The notes beneath the pieces are model-generated. The model searched no databases and was not told the DNA's origin. It worked only from the letters and a program-made list of their open reading frames with translations. DNA of 64,000 nt, from contig DATFPF010000123.1 in assembly GCA_035264945.1 (NCBI GenBank), forward strand, positions 1,190 through 65,189, read 5' to 3'. The position numbers and the translations under genes are program-made. Origin of the DNA: Rubrobacter sp. Its GTDB lineage: Bacteria > Actinomycetota > Rubrobacteria > Rubrobacterales > Rubrobacteraceae. This document shows positions 25,828 through 35,094 of the stretch, in pieces (the first letter of the stretch is position 1; the number at the start of each line of letters is the position of its first letter).

Positions 25828-26394
25828 TTGTCTTCCTAGTCTACCAAACCCCGGTGCCCGCGCCACGCCAAGGCCCCAGAGGAGACCGATCGCCGTCGCC
25901 GCGTCCGAGATGCGCCCGTCCCTGACCATGGCCAGGGCCTCCCCGTACGGCACCTCCACGACCCGGATAAACTCCGTCGGCTCCGGCGCGGGACCGCGCC
26001 CGTCCTTCACCGCCACGCACCTGTAGACGTGGCCTACCTCCGTGCTGCGCCCTGTGCTCGTGTGCACGCTCGTCAGCCGCTCGAGCCCCTCAGCCCGGTA
26101 CCCGGCCTCCTCCAGAAGCTCCCGCCGCGCCGCCTCCCCGGCGTCCTCCCCCTCCTCGACCCCGCCGCTCGGCAACTCCAGCGTGAACTGGCCCAAGGGC
26201 TGCCGCCACTGGCGCACGAGTACCACGTCACCTCCCCCGGTCACGGCGACCACGGCGGCGAACCCGCCGCTCTCCAGGACGCCGTACTCGATGGCCTGCC
26301 CGCCGGGCAACTCAACCCCGTCCACCCTGAACGCGCACCACGGACTCCGGTAGACGTACTCCCGCCCAAGCGTCCGCCAGCTCCCGTCCTCCAT
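25804..26394 (-). CDS. Nudix hydrolase (ADP-ribose pyrophosphatase-like)
   Basis: LVRQWR, ELPSGGVEEGEDAGEAARRELLEEAG, EFIRV; TATACT 7 nt before ATG. Confidence 0.88.
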   Translation of the reverse strand: MEDGSWRTLGREYVYRSPWCAFRVDGVELPGGQAIEYGVLESGGFAAVVAVTGGGDVVLVRQWRQPLGQFTLELPSGGVEEGEDAGEAARRELLEEAGYRAEGLERLTSVHTSTGRSTEVGHVYRCVAVKDGRGPAPEPTEFIRVVEVPYGEALAMVRDGRISDAATAIGLLWGLGVARAPGFGRLGRQTTGEPRG

Positions 26395-26434
26395 GCACCG
26401 GAGTATATCCCCGTCGCCTGTATAATCTTGCTGC

Positions 26435-27016
26435 ATGAGCGTAGCAAGATCGAACAAGATGCGCGGGATCGAGGTCGGGGCGAGCGTCTTCGCGCCCGTG
26501 GCGCCCGAAGACTTCTTCCGGGCGGTGCTAGACGTGCGCGGTTTCCCGGCTTGGGCGCCGGGGGTGCGCGGTGTCGAGGTGCTATCGGGCGAGGGAGGGC
26601 CCGGGATGCTCTCCGAGTGGGAGGTCTCGTTTTTGGGCCTGAGGAGGAGGGTACCAAGCGTGTTGGAGGAGGCGGAGGCCCCGCACCGCCTGAGTTGGAC
26701 CTACGGGGGCCCCGTCGAAGGCTGGGGCGCGTGCTCCATAAAGGGTTCGGGAGACGGGGCCGTGGCGGTCTTCAGGACGCACCTCGCGCCGGCTGACCCC
26801 TTGCTCGCGAGGATGGCCCGCGGCGCCCCCGCAACGAACGCCGCCCGAGGCCACCTCAAGCGTTCGCTGGCGCGGCTCGGCCGGCTGGTCGCGGGGAGCG
26901 AGGAACGGGTGCTCGTGGGGCCTGTCGTCGAAGGCCGGCAAACCGGGGTTCGGCATCGCGCCGGGGAGACCGTGGGGGCAGGCTCCGAACCGGCCCGCGT
27001 GCACTACGCCAGGTAG
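26435..27016 (+). CDS. SRPBCC/polyketide cyclase-like protein
   Basis: DVRGFPAWAPGVRGVEVL N-terminal motif; TATAAT 8 nt before ATG. Confidence 0.7.
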   Translation: MSVARSNKMRGIEVGASVFAPVAPEDFFRAVLDVRGFPAWAPGVRGVEVLSGEGGPGMLSEWEVSFLGLRRRVPSVLEEAEAPHRLSWTYGGPVEGWGACSIKGSGDGAVAVFRTHLAPADPLLARMARGAPATNAARGHLKRSLARLGRLVAGSEERVLVGPVVEGRQTGVRHRAGETVGAGSEPARVHYAR

Positions 27017-27039
27017 CCTGGCTGGTTTTCGGGGCAACG

Positions 27040-27061
27040 AAAAGGGGGCCCGGAGGCCCCC
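27040..27061 (-). terminator. Intrinsic terminator after ferredoxin
   Basis: GGGGGCC-TCCG-GGCCCCC hairpin followed by TTTT on minus strand. Confidence 0.75.
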
Positions 27062-27082
27062 ATTCGGTCGTTCGCCGGGCCG

Positions 27083-27316
27083 CTACTCGAAGTAGTTGGC
27101 GGCCTTTGCGATGTAGCTCTCCTGGTCGTCGGGGACCTCGTCCTCAGGGTAGATCGCCTCGACCGGGCACTCCGGCTCGCAGGCGCCGCAGTCGATGCAC
27201 TCTTCGGGGTTGATCATGAAGTGGTCCCCCGCGTCGTAGATGCAGTCGACCGGGCACACCTCGACGCAGGACTGGTCCTTCGTGCCGATGCACGGCTCCG
27301 TAATAACGTAGGTCAT
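27083..27316 (-). CDS. Ferredoxin (7Fe FdxA type)
   Basis: [22 protein letters not shown]...[12 protein letters not shown]. Confidence 0.95.
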   Translation of the reverse strand: MTYVITEPCIGTKDQSCVEVCPVDCIYDAGDHFMINPEECIDCGACEPECPVEAIYPEDEVPDDQESYIAKAANYFE

Positions 27317-27432
27317 CCGGCTTCTCCTCTCGTAAACCTCTCGTCCTGGCGGCTTTATAGCAGCCGCGCGGAGGCCTCACCACCCGCCGTTGACGACCAT
27401 CATCGCCGCCCATGACCGCGGTCATCCGGCGG

Positions 27433-27448
27433 TGTGATCCAGATCAAA
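27433..27448. promoter_or_regulatory. Crp/Fnr-like binding site
   Basis: TGTGA-TCCAGA-TCAAA resembles TGTGA-N6-TCACA and TTGAT-N4-ATCAA; lies between Crp/Fnr gene and ferredoxin. Confidence 0.6.
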
Positions 27449-27576
27449 AACCCCGCAAATCGGCGAGTTATTGGGAAAGGTTCTCAGGTTCCGGAGGCTC
27501 CGGAGTTTAGAGGGGTGGGAAGACGAGACCCCGGTCCGGCAGGTACCCCTAAACCCTAGAACCTCAAAGCTTACAT

Positions 27577-28329
27577 TCAGGTCCGGGAGCGGAGTTCGGC
27601 GGGCTTGAGGATCGTCACGGTCTTGCCGTCGAGGGCCAGGATGTCCTCCTGGGCTAGGCGGGAGAGGGCGCGGGAGAGGGCCTCGCGCGAGATGCCGGTC
27701 GCCTCGGCCATCTCCTGGCGGGAGAGGGATGGTTCGAAGACGACGCCCCGCTTCGTGACGCGGCCCTCCTCGGTCGCGAGGTTGAGGAGCATGCGGGCCA
27801 CCCTCTGGGGGGCGCTGCGGAAGACGAGGTCGCCGACGAGGTCTTCGAGCTCGCGGGCCCGGGCGGCGAGGACGCGGTTCAGGCGGACGGCGCCCTCGGG
27901 GAAGCGGCCCATCACGTCGAAGAGGTCGTCGCGGAAGACGGCGTAGAGCACGCAGTCGGTGAGCGCCGTGGCGCCCTGGCTCTGCGGGCGGCCCTCCAGG
28001 GCGGCGCCGAGGCCCAGGACGGAGCCGTCGCCCACGACGCCCAGGATCTGGTCCCGCGCCTTCGGGCCGCCGACGGAACGGTAGAGCTTGGCCCTCCCCT
28101 CCCGCATAAAGTAAACGGCCCCGGAGGGCTCGCCTTCCCTGTAGAGCGCCGTCCCCGCGCCGAGCTCAAGCACCTCGGCCGAGATCGCGAGCGCCTGGAA
28201 GAACCCCTCGTCGAGCCCCTCGAGGAGCTCGAACTCCTTGAGCCCTTCGAGCTTGGTCAGGTGCTCTACAGCCCGGCACCGCGCCCCCGGTAGCCGCGCC
28301 CAGGATGGCGGCGCGTTCTCACCGTACAC
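27577..28329 (-). CDS. Crp/Fnr family transcriptional regulator (start uncertain)
   Basis: cNMP-like domain (LYREGE, YFMREG, ATALTDC) and HTH SRQEMAEATGISREALSRAL. Confidence 0.9.
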   Translation of the reverse strand: MYGENAPPSWARLPGARCRAVEHLTKLEGLKEFELLEGLDEGFFQALAISAEVLELGAGTALYREGEPSGAVYFMREGRAKLYRSVGGPKARDQILGVVGDGSVLGLGAALEGRPQSQGATALTDCVLYAVFRDDLFDVMGRFPEGAVRLNRVLAARARELEDLVGDLVFRSAPQRVARMLLNLATEEGRVTKRGVVFEPSLSRQEMAEATGISREALSRALSRLAQEDILALDGKTVTILKPAELRSRT

Positions 28330-28483
28330 CGAAAGAAGTCCTCCCTAAATATCGCCGCTTCACGATACCTTTATACGCTACGCGGCGGAGTATTGCAGTA
28401 CCGCGGACCATCCGTCGCCGTCGGGCCACCGGCATCCAGAGGGTTCCGAAGCACCGCCCCAGAGGCGTCCTGGCTCTACAGCG

Positions 28484-28795
28484 CTAGCTGACCCCGCGTT
28501 CGAGGGTTCCGCGGAGCGTCGAGATCTCCCCCTCGACGGCGGAGCGGGACCTGCTAACGTCGGTGCCGGCTTTGCGCGCCTCGCGCGCCCTGGCCGAGCC
28601 GGCGGCGGATTCGATGAACCACCGCAAACTGTCGGCCTCCGGCAAGGACCCTGCCAACCGGTCCAGTTGCGTCAGTGGGCGCTCCAGTTCCGGGCTGTCC
28701 TCGTGCTTCAGGCGCCGTTCCAGGTCCACCAGCAGATCCCGCGCCTGCTCCGCATTGCGCAGCCTCTCGGCCATCTGCTCGTTGCGCTCTTGCAT
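28484..28795 (-). CDS. Hypothetical helical protein
   Basis: ATG after GAGGGG; typical codon usage over about 103 aa. Confidence 0.55.
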   Translation of the reverse strand: MQERNEQMAERLRNAEQARDLLVDLERRLKHEDSPELERPLTQLDRLAGSLPEADSLRWFIESAAGSARAREARKAGTDVSRSRSAVEGEISTLRGTLERGVS

Positions 28796-29045
28796 CGCCG
28801 CTACCCCTCGGTCGGTCTGTGTCGACGTACCGACAGGGTAGACCCGGACGCAGCCCCGTCGGTTACGGAGGCAAGGGGTCTTGGGCTCCCCGGCGAAAGG
28901 GTCGGATGGCGCTAGGGCCCGGGCGGTGCGGTTGGGGCTGGGATATCCTTCGAGGTCCCAGCCCTTGCCGTTGGCAAGAGTATTCGGGTAGAAAGTTCGG
29001 GTAGAAAGCCTCAAAATACGGCGTTTCGGACGGGAGGACAGGGTC

Positions 29046-29144
29046 GTGCGCAACAACAAGGTCACGCTCATCTGGGGGATTTTGACCCTGGTCTCGCTCC
29101 TGGCGCTCTTGGTCTTGATCGCCATGGGCGTCGTCACCATTTAG
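29046..29144 (+). CDS. 32-aa single-TM small protein
   Basis: GGGAGG RBS; MRNNKVTLIWGILTLVSLLALLVLIAMGVVTI*; below the ORF-track length cutoff. Confidence 0.6.
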   Translation: MRNNKVTLIWGILTLVSLLALLVLIAMGVVTI

Positions 29145-29799
29145 AGGGTAAGAACGCCAATTGCCGCCACGGTCCTTGGGAGCCCGTCCCGTGCGGGGGT
29201 ACCAGGTCTTTCGGGACGCCGCGCGGGTGGCGCCTGCCAGGCAATCCCTGGGCCCCGGGCAGGTTGGAGATCATGTTCTCGAAGACGTCCGCGAGAACCC
29301 GGATCAGAAGGTAGAACACCGCGGCCGGCAGTATCATCCGTCAGCCGGCGTTTGCCGCGCCCCGTCCCACCCCCTTCAAGAACGGGTCTGAGGGATCTCC
29401 TTTACCAGCAGACCGCCCGCGAGCGAAACCGCGCCCAGGTCGAAGAGCAGAGGTAGCCAGGGCCCGAAAACTTCCATGAGGGTAGTTTCCATGGCGCCAG
29501 GATATCCGCCCACAGGTGACAGGCGTATCTGCCAGGCGGCCATTGTTCGTCCTCCGGGTCCGCGCAGGCCGGTAGAAAGAACACTCGCGGCTCCCCACCC
29601 GAATCCCGGCACGCCCCACACCAAAAACAGTACCGCTCTCTCCGGCCGGTCCGGAAAGCATCGAAGGCACGCATGCGACGCCCCGGGCTTATCCCGTTCG
29701 TTGGCCTGCGCCCGCGCTCTCGGGTTCTATCGTCCGGCGCGACGCTTCGACGAGAAGAGTTTAAGCTGACGGCTGATCTCAACAACCGGAGGTTCGTAC

Positions 29800-30519
29800 G
29801 TGTTGCAAGGAAAGGTGGCACTTATCACCGGGGCGAGCCAGGGCCTCGGCAGGGCGCTGGCGCTCGCCTACGCGAGGGAGGGCGCTTCGCTCGTCATCAA
29901 CTCCCGCAGCGAGGAGAGTATCCGTCCCGTCGCCGAGGAGGTCGAAGGTCTCGGCGCCGAGGTGCTCGCCGTCGCCGCCGACGTGTCGAACGGCGAAGAC
30001 GCCCTGAGGCTCGTTGGCGAGGCGGTCGGGAGGTTCGGCGGGATCGACGTGCTCGTCAACAACGCCGGCCTGCTCGGGCCCAGGGTCACCATAGAGGACT
30101 ACCCCGAGGACGAGTGGCGGCGCGTGATCGACGCGAACCTCACGGGCCCCTTCCTCGTCTCGAAAGCCGCCGTCCCGCACCTGCGCGAGGGCGCCTCGAT
30201 AATAAACGTAGTGAGCGGCGTGAGCGTCGAGGGACGCGCCGAGTGGGGGGCCTACTCCGTCAGCAAGTTCGGGATGGAGGGTTTGTCGCAGATCCTGGCC
30301 GCGGAGCTAGAAGACCGCGGCGTCCGCTCGAACGCCGTGGACCCCGGCGGGATGCGCACCGGGATGCGCGCCGCCGCCTACCCAGAAGAAGACCCCCGGA
30401 CGCGCATCACCCCGGAGGAGAACACCGCCGTCTTCGTCTACCTTGCCTCGGACGAGTCCAAAGGCGTGACAGGAAAGCGTTTCAAGGCGCAGGAGTTCGA
30501 TCCGGCGCGGGGTTCCTAG
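29800..30519 (+). CDS. SDR oxidoreductase
   Basis: TGASQGLG, VNNAG, YSVSK. Confidence 0.92.
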   Translation: MLQGKVALITGASQGLGRALALAYAREGASLVINSRSEESIRPVAEEVEGLGAEVLAVAADVSNGEDALRLVGEAVGRFGGIDVLVNNAGLLGPRVTIEDYPEDEWRRVIDANLTGPFLVSKAAVPHLREGASIINVVSGVSVEGRAEWGAYSVSKFGMEGLSQILAAELEDRGVRSNAVDPGGMRTGMRAAAYPEEDPRTRITPEENTAVFVYLASDESKGVTGKRFKAQEFDPARGS

Positions 30520-30525
30520 CGCCGC

Positions 30526-31228
30526 CTAGGCCCGCCGCCCGCCGAAGCCGTAGAGAAGGTGGTTCTCCGTCGTGCGCACGGAGAAGCGCCAGCCCAGGTC
30601 GGCGAGCCGCCTCTCCAGAGTGGTGGGGTCGTGGAAGATCTTGACGATCTTGAACTCCCGGCCGTCGTTCAGCCGTCGTGTGGTGGTCTGCTCCCGAGGG
30701 TCTTGCGAGCGACGCTCCTTCTCGTCTGAGGTCTCTGCGCCCAAAGAGTCCACGAAGAAGACGCGCCCGCCGGGCCGGAGCGCGGACCGGACGAGGTCCC
30801 AGAACGCCTCGAAGCGTTCCGGCGGGACGTGCGAGAGCCAGAACCAGAAGAAGACCGCGTCGTAGGCGGCGTCGGGGCGCCAGCAGAACAGGTCGGCTTG
30901 GACGTGGCGGACCGGGCTTTCGTGCCGGGCTTCCCGAAGCCTGGCGCGGTTGATCTCTAGCACCTCCGGCGAGGCGTCCACGGCGGTCACATCGGCTGCG
31001 TGGCGGGCGAGCTGCACGGTCCACAGCCCCGTGCCGCACGCCAGCTCCAGCACCCGGCCCTTCGGCCCGAAGCGGTCGAGATCCCGGCGGACCTCTTCGA
31101 GTTCGGAGAACCAGCGGCGGTTCCACTCGGGGCCGCGGTCGTGGCGTCCCAGGCGCAGAAACCACTCGTCGTACTCCTCGGCGCGCCCTGTAGTAGGCGA
31201 GCTGACCTTCGAGAAGCGCGTCGTCCAA
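30526..31228 (-). pseudogene. Class I SAM methyltransferase, frameshifted near 31180
   Basis: N-terminus QLAYYRAR and the remainder (AEEYDEWF...VLELACGTG) are in different frames. Confidence 0.75.
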
Positions 31229-31240
31229 GGCGCCGCGCCC

Positions 31241-31909
31241 CTAGGCCGCCTTCTCTGAGGTGTCCTTGAGCTCGGCCTGGACGATCAGGCGCTTGGAGTA
31301 GTCGGGGAGGGTGCAGGTCTGGAGGGTGAGTATGTTCTTGCCGGGCTCGGTGTCGGTGACGGAGGTGTCGGAGGGGCCGACGGTGAACTCCTTGAAGACC
31401 TTGTAGGTGTACTCCGTGCCGTCGGCGTCGGTGACGAAGACCTCATCTCCCACGGACACCTTGTTCATGTCCCAGAAGGTCAGCCAGCTCTCGGTGTTTG
31501 GAAAGCCCAGGCGGTGGCCGGCGATGTATACGTTCGCCTCGTCCTGCCACGGGAAGCCGGTGCCTTCGAGGTGGATGGCGGCGTACTTCTTCAGCGAGGC
31601 CTCGTCTCCGCCGTCGGTGTTGGGGATCTCGTCGTCCTCTATGCGGCTCATAGCTGGGACGGTCAGCTCGAGGGTCTTGTCCTCTGGCCCGGCATCGGTT
31701 GTCTCCTCGTTGTTCTGGGTGGTCTTCTCCAGCCTCGGGACGTTGAAGCCGCCGGGGTCCTCGCTGTTGGTCGCCGTGCTGTCCAGCCGGCCGGCGAGGA
31801 AGAAGGAGGCGATTAGCGCGATCCCGGCGAGCAGCATGACCGGGCTGAGCACCCAGAGGATTATCTTTTTTGCGCGGGATCCCTGCATAGCCGCAGGAGA
31901 TTGTAGCAT
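31241..31909 (-). CDS. Sortase (class D/E-like)
   Basis: N-terminal TM; IAGHR, LTLQTC and downstream Arg. Confidence 0.9.
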   Translation of the reverse strand: MLQSPAAMQGSRAKKIILWVLSPVMLLAGIALIASFFLAGRLDSTATNSEDPGGFNVPRLEKTTQNNEETTDAGPEDKTLELTVPAMSRIEDDEIPNTDGGDEASLKKYAAIHLEGTGFPWQDEANVYIAGHRLGFPNTESWLTFWDMNKVSVGDEVFVTDADGTEYTYKVFKEFTVGPSDTSVTDTEPGKNILTLQTCTLPDYSKRLIVQAELKDTSEKAA

Positions 31910-31919
31910 CGAGCCGCCA

Positions 31920-32116
31920 GCTGATAGCTAAGAGCCGTCAGCTCTCAGCTATCAGCCATCGACCACTCCGTCTCCGAACGAGACCTGGAGGCGTTCGCGA
32001 AGGGCTCCGGACCCTCCGCAAGCCGCCCCCTGCCACGTAAAACCACGGAGAGACCACACGCCCCACGGTAGCCACGGGCGAAACCAGAAAGCTGGAAGGC
32101 CGACGGCTCTTAGCTA
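31920..32116. repeat. Intergenic element bracketed by inverted heptamer-repeat arms
   Basis: TAGCTAAGAGCCGTC (31925-31939) and perfect reverse complement (32102-32116), with TCAGC-periodic extensions. Confidence 0.7.
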
Positions 32117-32141
32117 AAAGCGCGGCTCGCCGCGCGGGCCG

Positions 32142-33017
32142 CTAGCTCTCCGCCGGGAGGTCCTCCCGGACGCCCCACTCGTTCCACGAGCCGTCGTAGT
32201 TGGCGAGGTTCTTGTAGCCGAGCCTGTGCAGCGCGAAGAGCGGCACGGTCGCCGCCACCCCGCCGTTGCAGTAGGCGACGACGGGCGCCGCCCTGTCCTC
32301 CGGCACCCCTACCCCCCGAAGTTTCTCCTCAAGCTCTTCATCGGAGAGGAAGGTCCCATCCGGCCCGAAGAGGCCGTCCGCGTGCAGGTGCTTCGCCCCG
32401 GGGACGTGCCCAGGGCGTCCCTCGCCCCTCGTCACCGCGCCCGTGTACTGCCCCTCGTCCCGCGCGTCGAGCACGAGGGCTTCGCCGGTTCGGCTCGCGG
32501 AGAGAACCTCTTCGGCCTCTTTGCGCCAACCTTCCCTGGCCTTCGGGGCGAACGTCGCGGGCGCGGGGTTCGGGACCTCGGCGCTCGTCGGTCGCCCTTC
32601 GTCTGTCCACTTGTTCCATCCCCCATCGAGGACGGAGACGCGGTCGTGCCCGTAGTACGTGAGCGCCCACCACAGGCGGGTCGCGAACTGGCCGCCGGCG
32701 TGGTCGTAGACGACGACGTGAGTCTCGTCGCCGATGCCGAGGGAGCCCATCAGGTCGGCGAAGCGGGCGGGCGGGGAGATCTGGGCCGGGACGGGATCTT
32801 CCGGGTCTGTAATGTCGCGGGTCCAGTCCACGAAGACGGCGCCGGGGACGTGGGCCTCATCGTACTCCTCGCGGGCGGGAAGGTACTCGGCCCTCTGGCG
32901 GCCGTCGCCGAGGTCGGTCTTCTTGACGTAGCCCCGGATGTCCACGACGCGCAGGCCGGGGTCTTCGAGGCGGCCCTGCAGCCAGCCGGTATCTACAAGA
33001 GGATCTCGGGTGTCCAC
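32142..33017 (-). CDS. Two-domain rhodanese sulfurtransferase
   Basis: HVPGAV, VLDGG, LDAR, GHVPGA, YCNGG, YDGSWNEW. Confidence 0.93.
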   Translation of the reverse strand: MDTRDPLVDTGWLQGRLEDPGLRVVDIRGYVKKTDLGDGRQRAEYLPAREEYDEAHVPGAVFVDWTRDITDPEDPVPAQISPPARFADLMGSLGIGDETHVVVYDHAGGQFATRLWWALTYYGHDRVSVLDGGWNKWTDEGRPTSAEVPNPAPATFAPKAREGWRKEAEEVLSASRTGEALVLDARDEGQYTGAVTRGEGRPGHVPGAKHLHADGLFGPDGTFLSDEELEEKLRGVGVPEDRAAPVVAYCNGGVAATVPLFALHRLGYKNLANYDGSWNEWGVREDLPAES

Positions 33018-33021
33018 GCTT

Positions 33022-34557
33022 CTACTCCTCTCCGAAGAGGTCGTGTTCGCGGGCGAAGGACCCGGCCAACTCGCGGGCTCGGTCCTTGTCGTCCTTGGCG
33101 AGGCGGCCCTCGATCACCTCGCCCTGGAGAAAGTCCTTGAGCGGCTTGATCCAAGGCCCCGGGGGCCTGCCGAAGATGCGCATGAGGTCGTTGCCGTCGA
33201 GCGGGCTCTCGAGCCGCTCGATGGCGTCCTCGGACCTCACCTCGTCCACCCGCTCCTTGAGGCTCTCCCAAGACGCCTCGGCTACCTGACGCCTCCTCGG
33301 AGCGCTGCCGGTTATGTCCGCCCGGGCGAGCTTGAGGAGCATGTCCACGTCGGCAAGCACCCTGCCGCCGCGCTCCAGGTAGGTGTCCCTTACGAAACGC
33401 CTGACGGCCGAGTCGCTCCACGGGTCGCGCCCAACCGCGTAGCCCATCGGGCGCATGTGGTGGGCGACGAGGTGGGCGACGGCGTCGATCTCGTCCTTCG
33501 GGTACGCAAGGCGCTTCATCGCCCGGCGCGCGATGGCGGCGCCCACGTTCTCGTGGCCGTAGAAGTGGATCTTCCTGGGGATGGTGCGCCCGCCGCAGAC
33601 CTCGCACTCGCCCTCATCCGCCGTCTTCCGCGTGCTCTTCGCGCCGCAGTAGGTGCAGCGGTGCTCGTAGACGAGCGTGCGGGGCTTGCCGATGTCGTGG
33701 AAAAAGGCGGCCTTGCGGAGCACGGGCGTGTTCTCGACGTTCTGGACCACGATCAGGGTGTGCTCGAAGACGTCCTTGTGGTGGAACTCGGCCTCCTGCT
33801 CGACCTCCACCGTCTCCATGAACTCGGGCACTATGTAGGGCATGAGCCCGAGGCGCACGAGGGCGCGCAGGCCCGCCGAGACGTTCTCAGAACCCAGGAT
33901 CTTCTCGAACTCGTCCCTGATGCGCTCGGCGCTTATGCTCCGCAGCCAGCCGGCGTTCTCCCGGATCGCCCCTTCCAGGTCCGTCGTCAGCGCGAAGGGC
34001 CTCTCGGGTCTCGACAGGGTCGCCTCGAAGCGGACCGCCCGCAGCATCCGCAGAGGGTCGTCGCGCATCCGGTCCAGCGGCTCCCCAACGGCCCGGATCA
34101 CGCCGTTCTCCAGATCCTTGCGGCCCTCGAAGGGGTCAAGGATGTCGCCGGTCAGGGCGTCCGCCGCTATGGCGTTTATGGTGAAGTCGCGCCGGGCCAG
34201 GTCCTCCTCCAGGCTCTCCCCGAAGCGCACCTCGGGGTGGCGGCTCCCCTCCGTGTACAGGTCGCTGCGGTATGTCGTGACCTCGACCTCGAAGCCGTCG
34301 ACCTCGGCCCCTATCGTCCCGAAGCGCTCTCCCACGTCCCAGAGGTGCTTCGCGTGCGGCCTGAGGAGGCGCTTGATCTCCTCTGGCCGCGCCCCCGTCG
34401 TTGCGTCCGCGTCCGGCTTCGCCTCTTCGTCGTCGCCGAGCAGCTTGTCCCGCACATACCCGCCTACCAGGTACAGCTCGTGCCCGGCGTCCCGGAACGC
34501 CTCGCCGAGGCGCCCGATGGGCCCGGGGACCTTCAGCTTTTTTACGTCTGCCATCAT
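33022..34557 (-). CDS. CCA tRNA nucleotidyltransferase with HD domain
   Basis: LVGGYVRD, DADAT, EDLARRDFTINA, DDPLRMLRAVRF, SAERIRDE, HDIGK. Confidence 0.92.
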   Translation of the reverse strand: MMADVKKLKVPGPIGRLGEAFRDAGHELYLVGGYVRDKLLGDDEEAKPDADATTGARPEEIKRLLRPHAKHLWDVGERFGTIGAEVDGFEVEVTTYRSDLYTEGSRHPEVRFGESLEEDLARRDFTINAIAADALTGDILDPFEGRKDLENGVIRAVGEPLDRMRDDPLRMLRAVRFEATLSRPERPFALTTDLEGAIRENAGWLRSISAERIRDEFEKILGSENVSAGLRALVRLGLMPYIVPEFMETVEVEQEAEFHHKDVFEHTLIVVQNVENTPVLRKAAFFHDIGKPRTLVYEHRCTYCGAKSTRKTADEGECEVCGGRTIPRKIHFYGHENVGAAIARRAMKRLAYPKDEIDAVAHLVAHHMRPMGYAVGRDPWSDSAVRRFVRDTYLERGGRVLADVDMLLKLARADITGSAPRRRQVAEASWESLKERVDEVRSEDAIERLESPLDGNDLMRIFGRPPGPWIKPLKDFLQGEVIEGRLAKDDKDRARELAGSFAREHDLFGEE

Positions 34558-34629
34558 AGTCAAAGGATTCTAGTACGCCAGGGGGCGCGGATCACGGCCG
34601 CCGATACGCCGGAGTGGCCTGTCCGTCTC

Positions 34630-34971
34630 TCAGGCGGAGATGGCAGCTTCGCGGGACTGGAAGACCTCGAAGAAGTCGCTAAAGCCGGTGACGGAGAAGA
34701 TGCGGTCGACGGCGTCTGAGGGGGCGGCAAGGCGCAGGGAGACGCCGCGTTTCTGGAGGACGTCCTTGGAGCGGACGAGGGCGGAGAGGGCCGTCGAGTC
34801 CATAAACGCCACGCCGCTCATGTCCACGACGACGGCGCCCACGCCGTTGTTCTCGGAGGCACGCTCGATGGCGCCCTGCACCTTGGGCGAGGTGTGCAGG
34901 TCCATCTCGCCGCGGACGGCGACGACGGAGTAGGCGTCGGCGTGCTCGTCTATGCTGACCTCGAAGTCCAC
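34630..34971 (-). CDS. STAS anti-sigma-factor antagonist
   Basis: GEMDL, VDMSGVAFMDSTAL. Confidence 0.9.
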   Translation of the reverse strand: MDFEVSIDEHADAYSVVAVRGEMDLHTSPKVQGAIERASENNGVGAVVVDMSGVAFMDSTALSALVRSKDVLQKRGVSLRLAAPSDAVDRIFSVTGFSDFFEVFQSREAAISA

Positions 34972-35094
34972 GCCGATCCCCTCCTCTCTCTCATGCGGCT
35001 TCCAGAAGGCTTACGGATATTAACCCAAGTGCCCCACAGGGTAAACCGCCGTTTGGGGGCCGGGGCGGGGTATTTTTCTGCTACTATTCGCGCG

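Noticed and set aside
29134-29821. Short minus-strand ORFs, some hydrophobic or Cys-rich
   Set aside because: No recognisable family, weak RBS, conflicting frames; possibly decayed sequence
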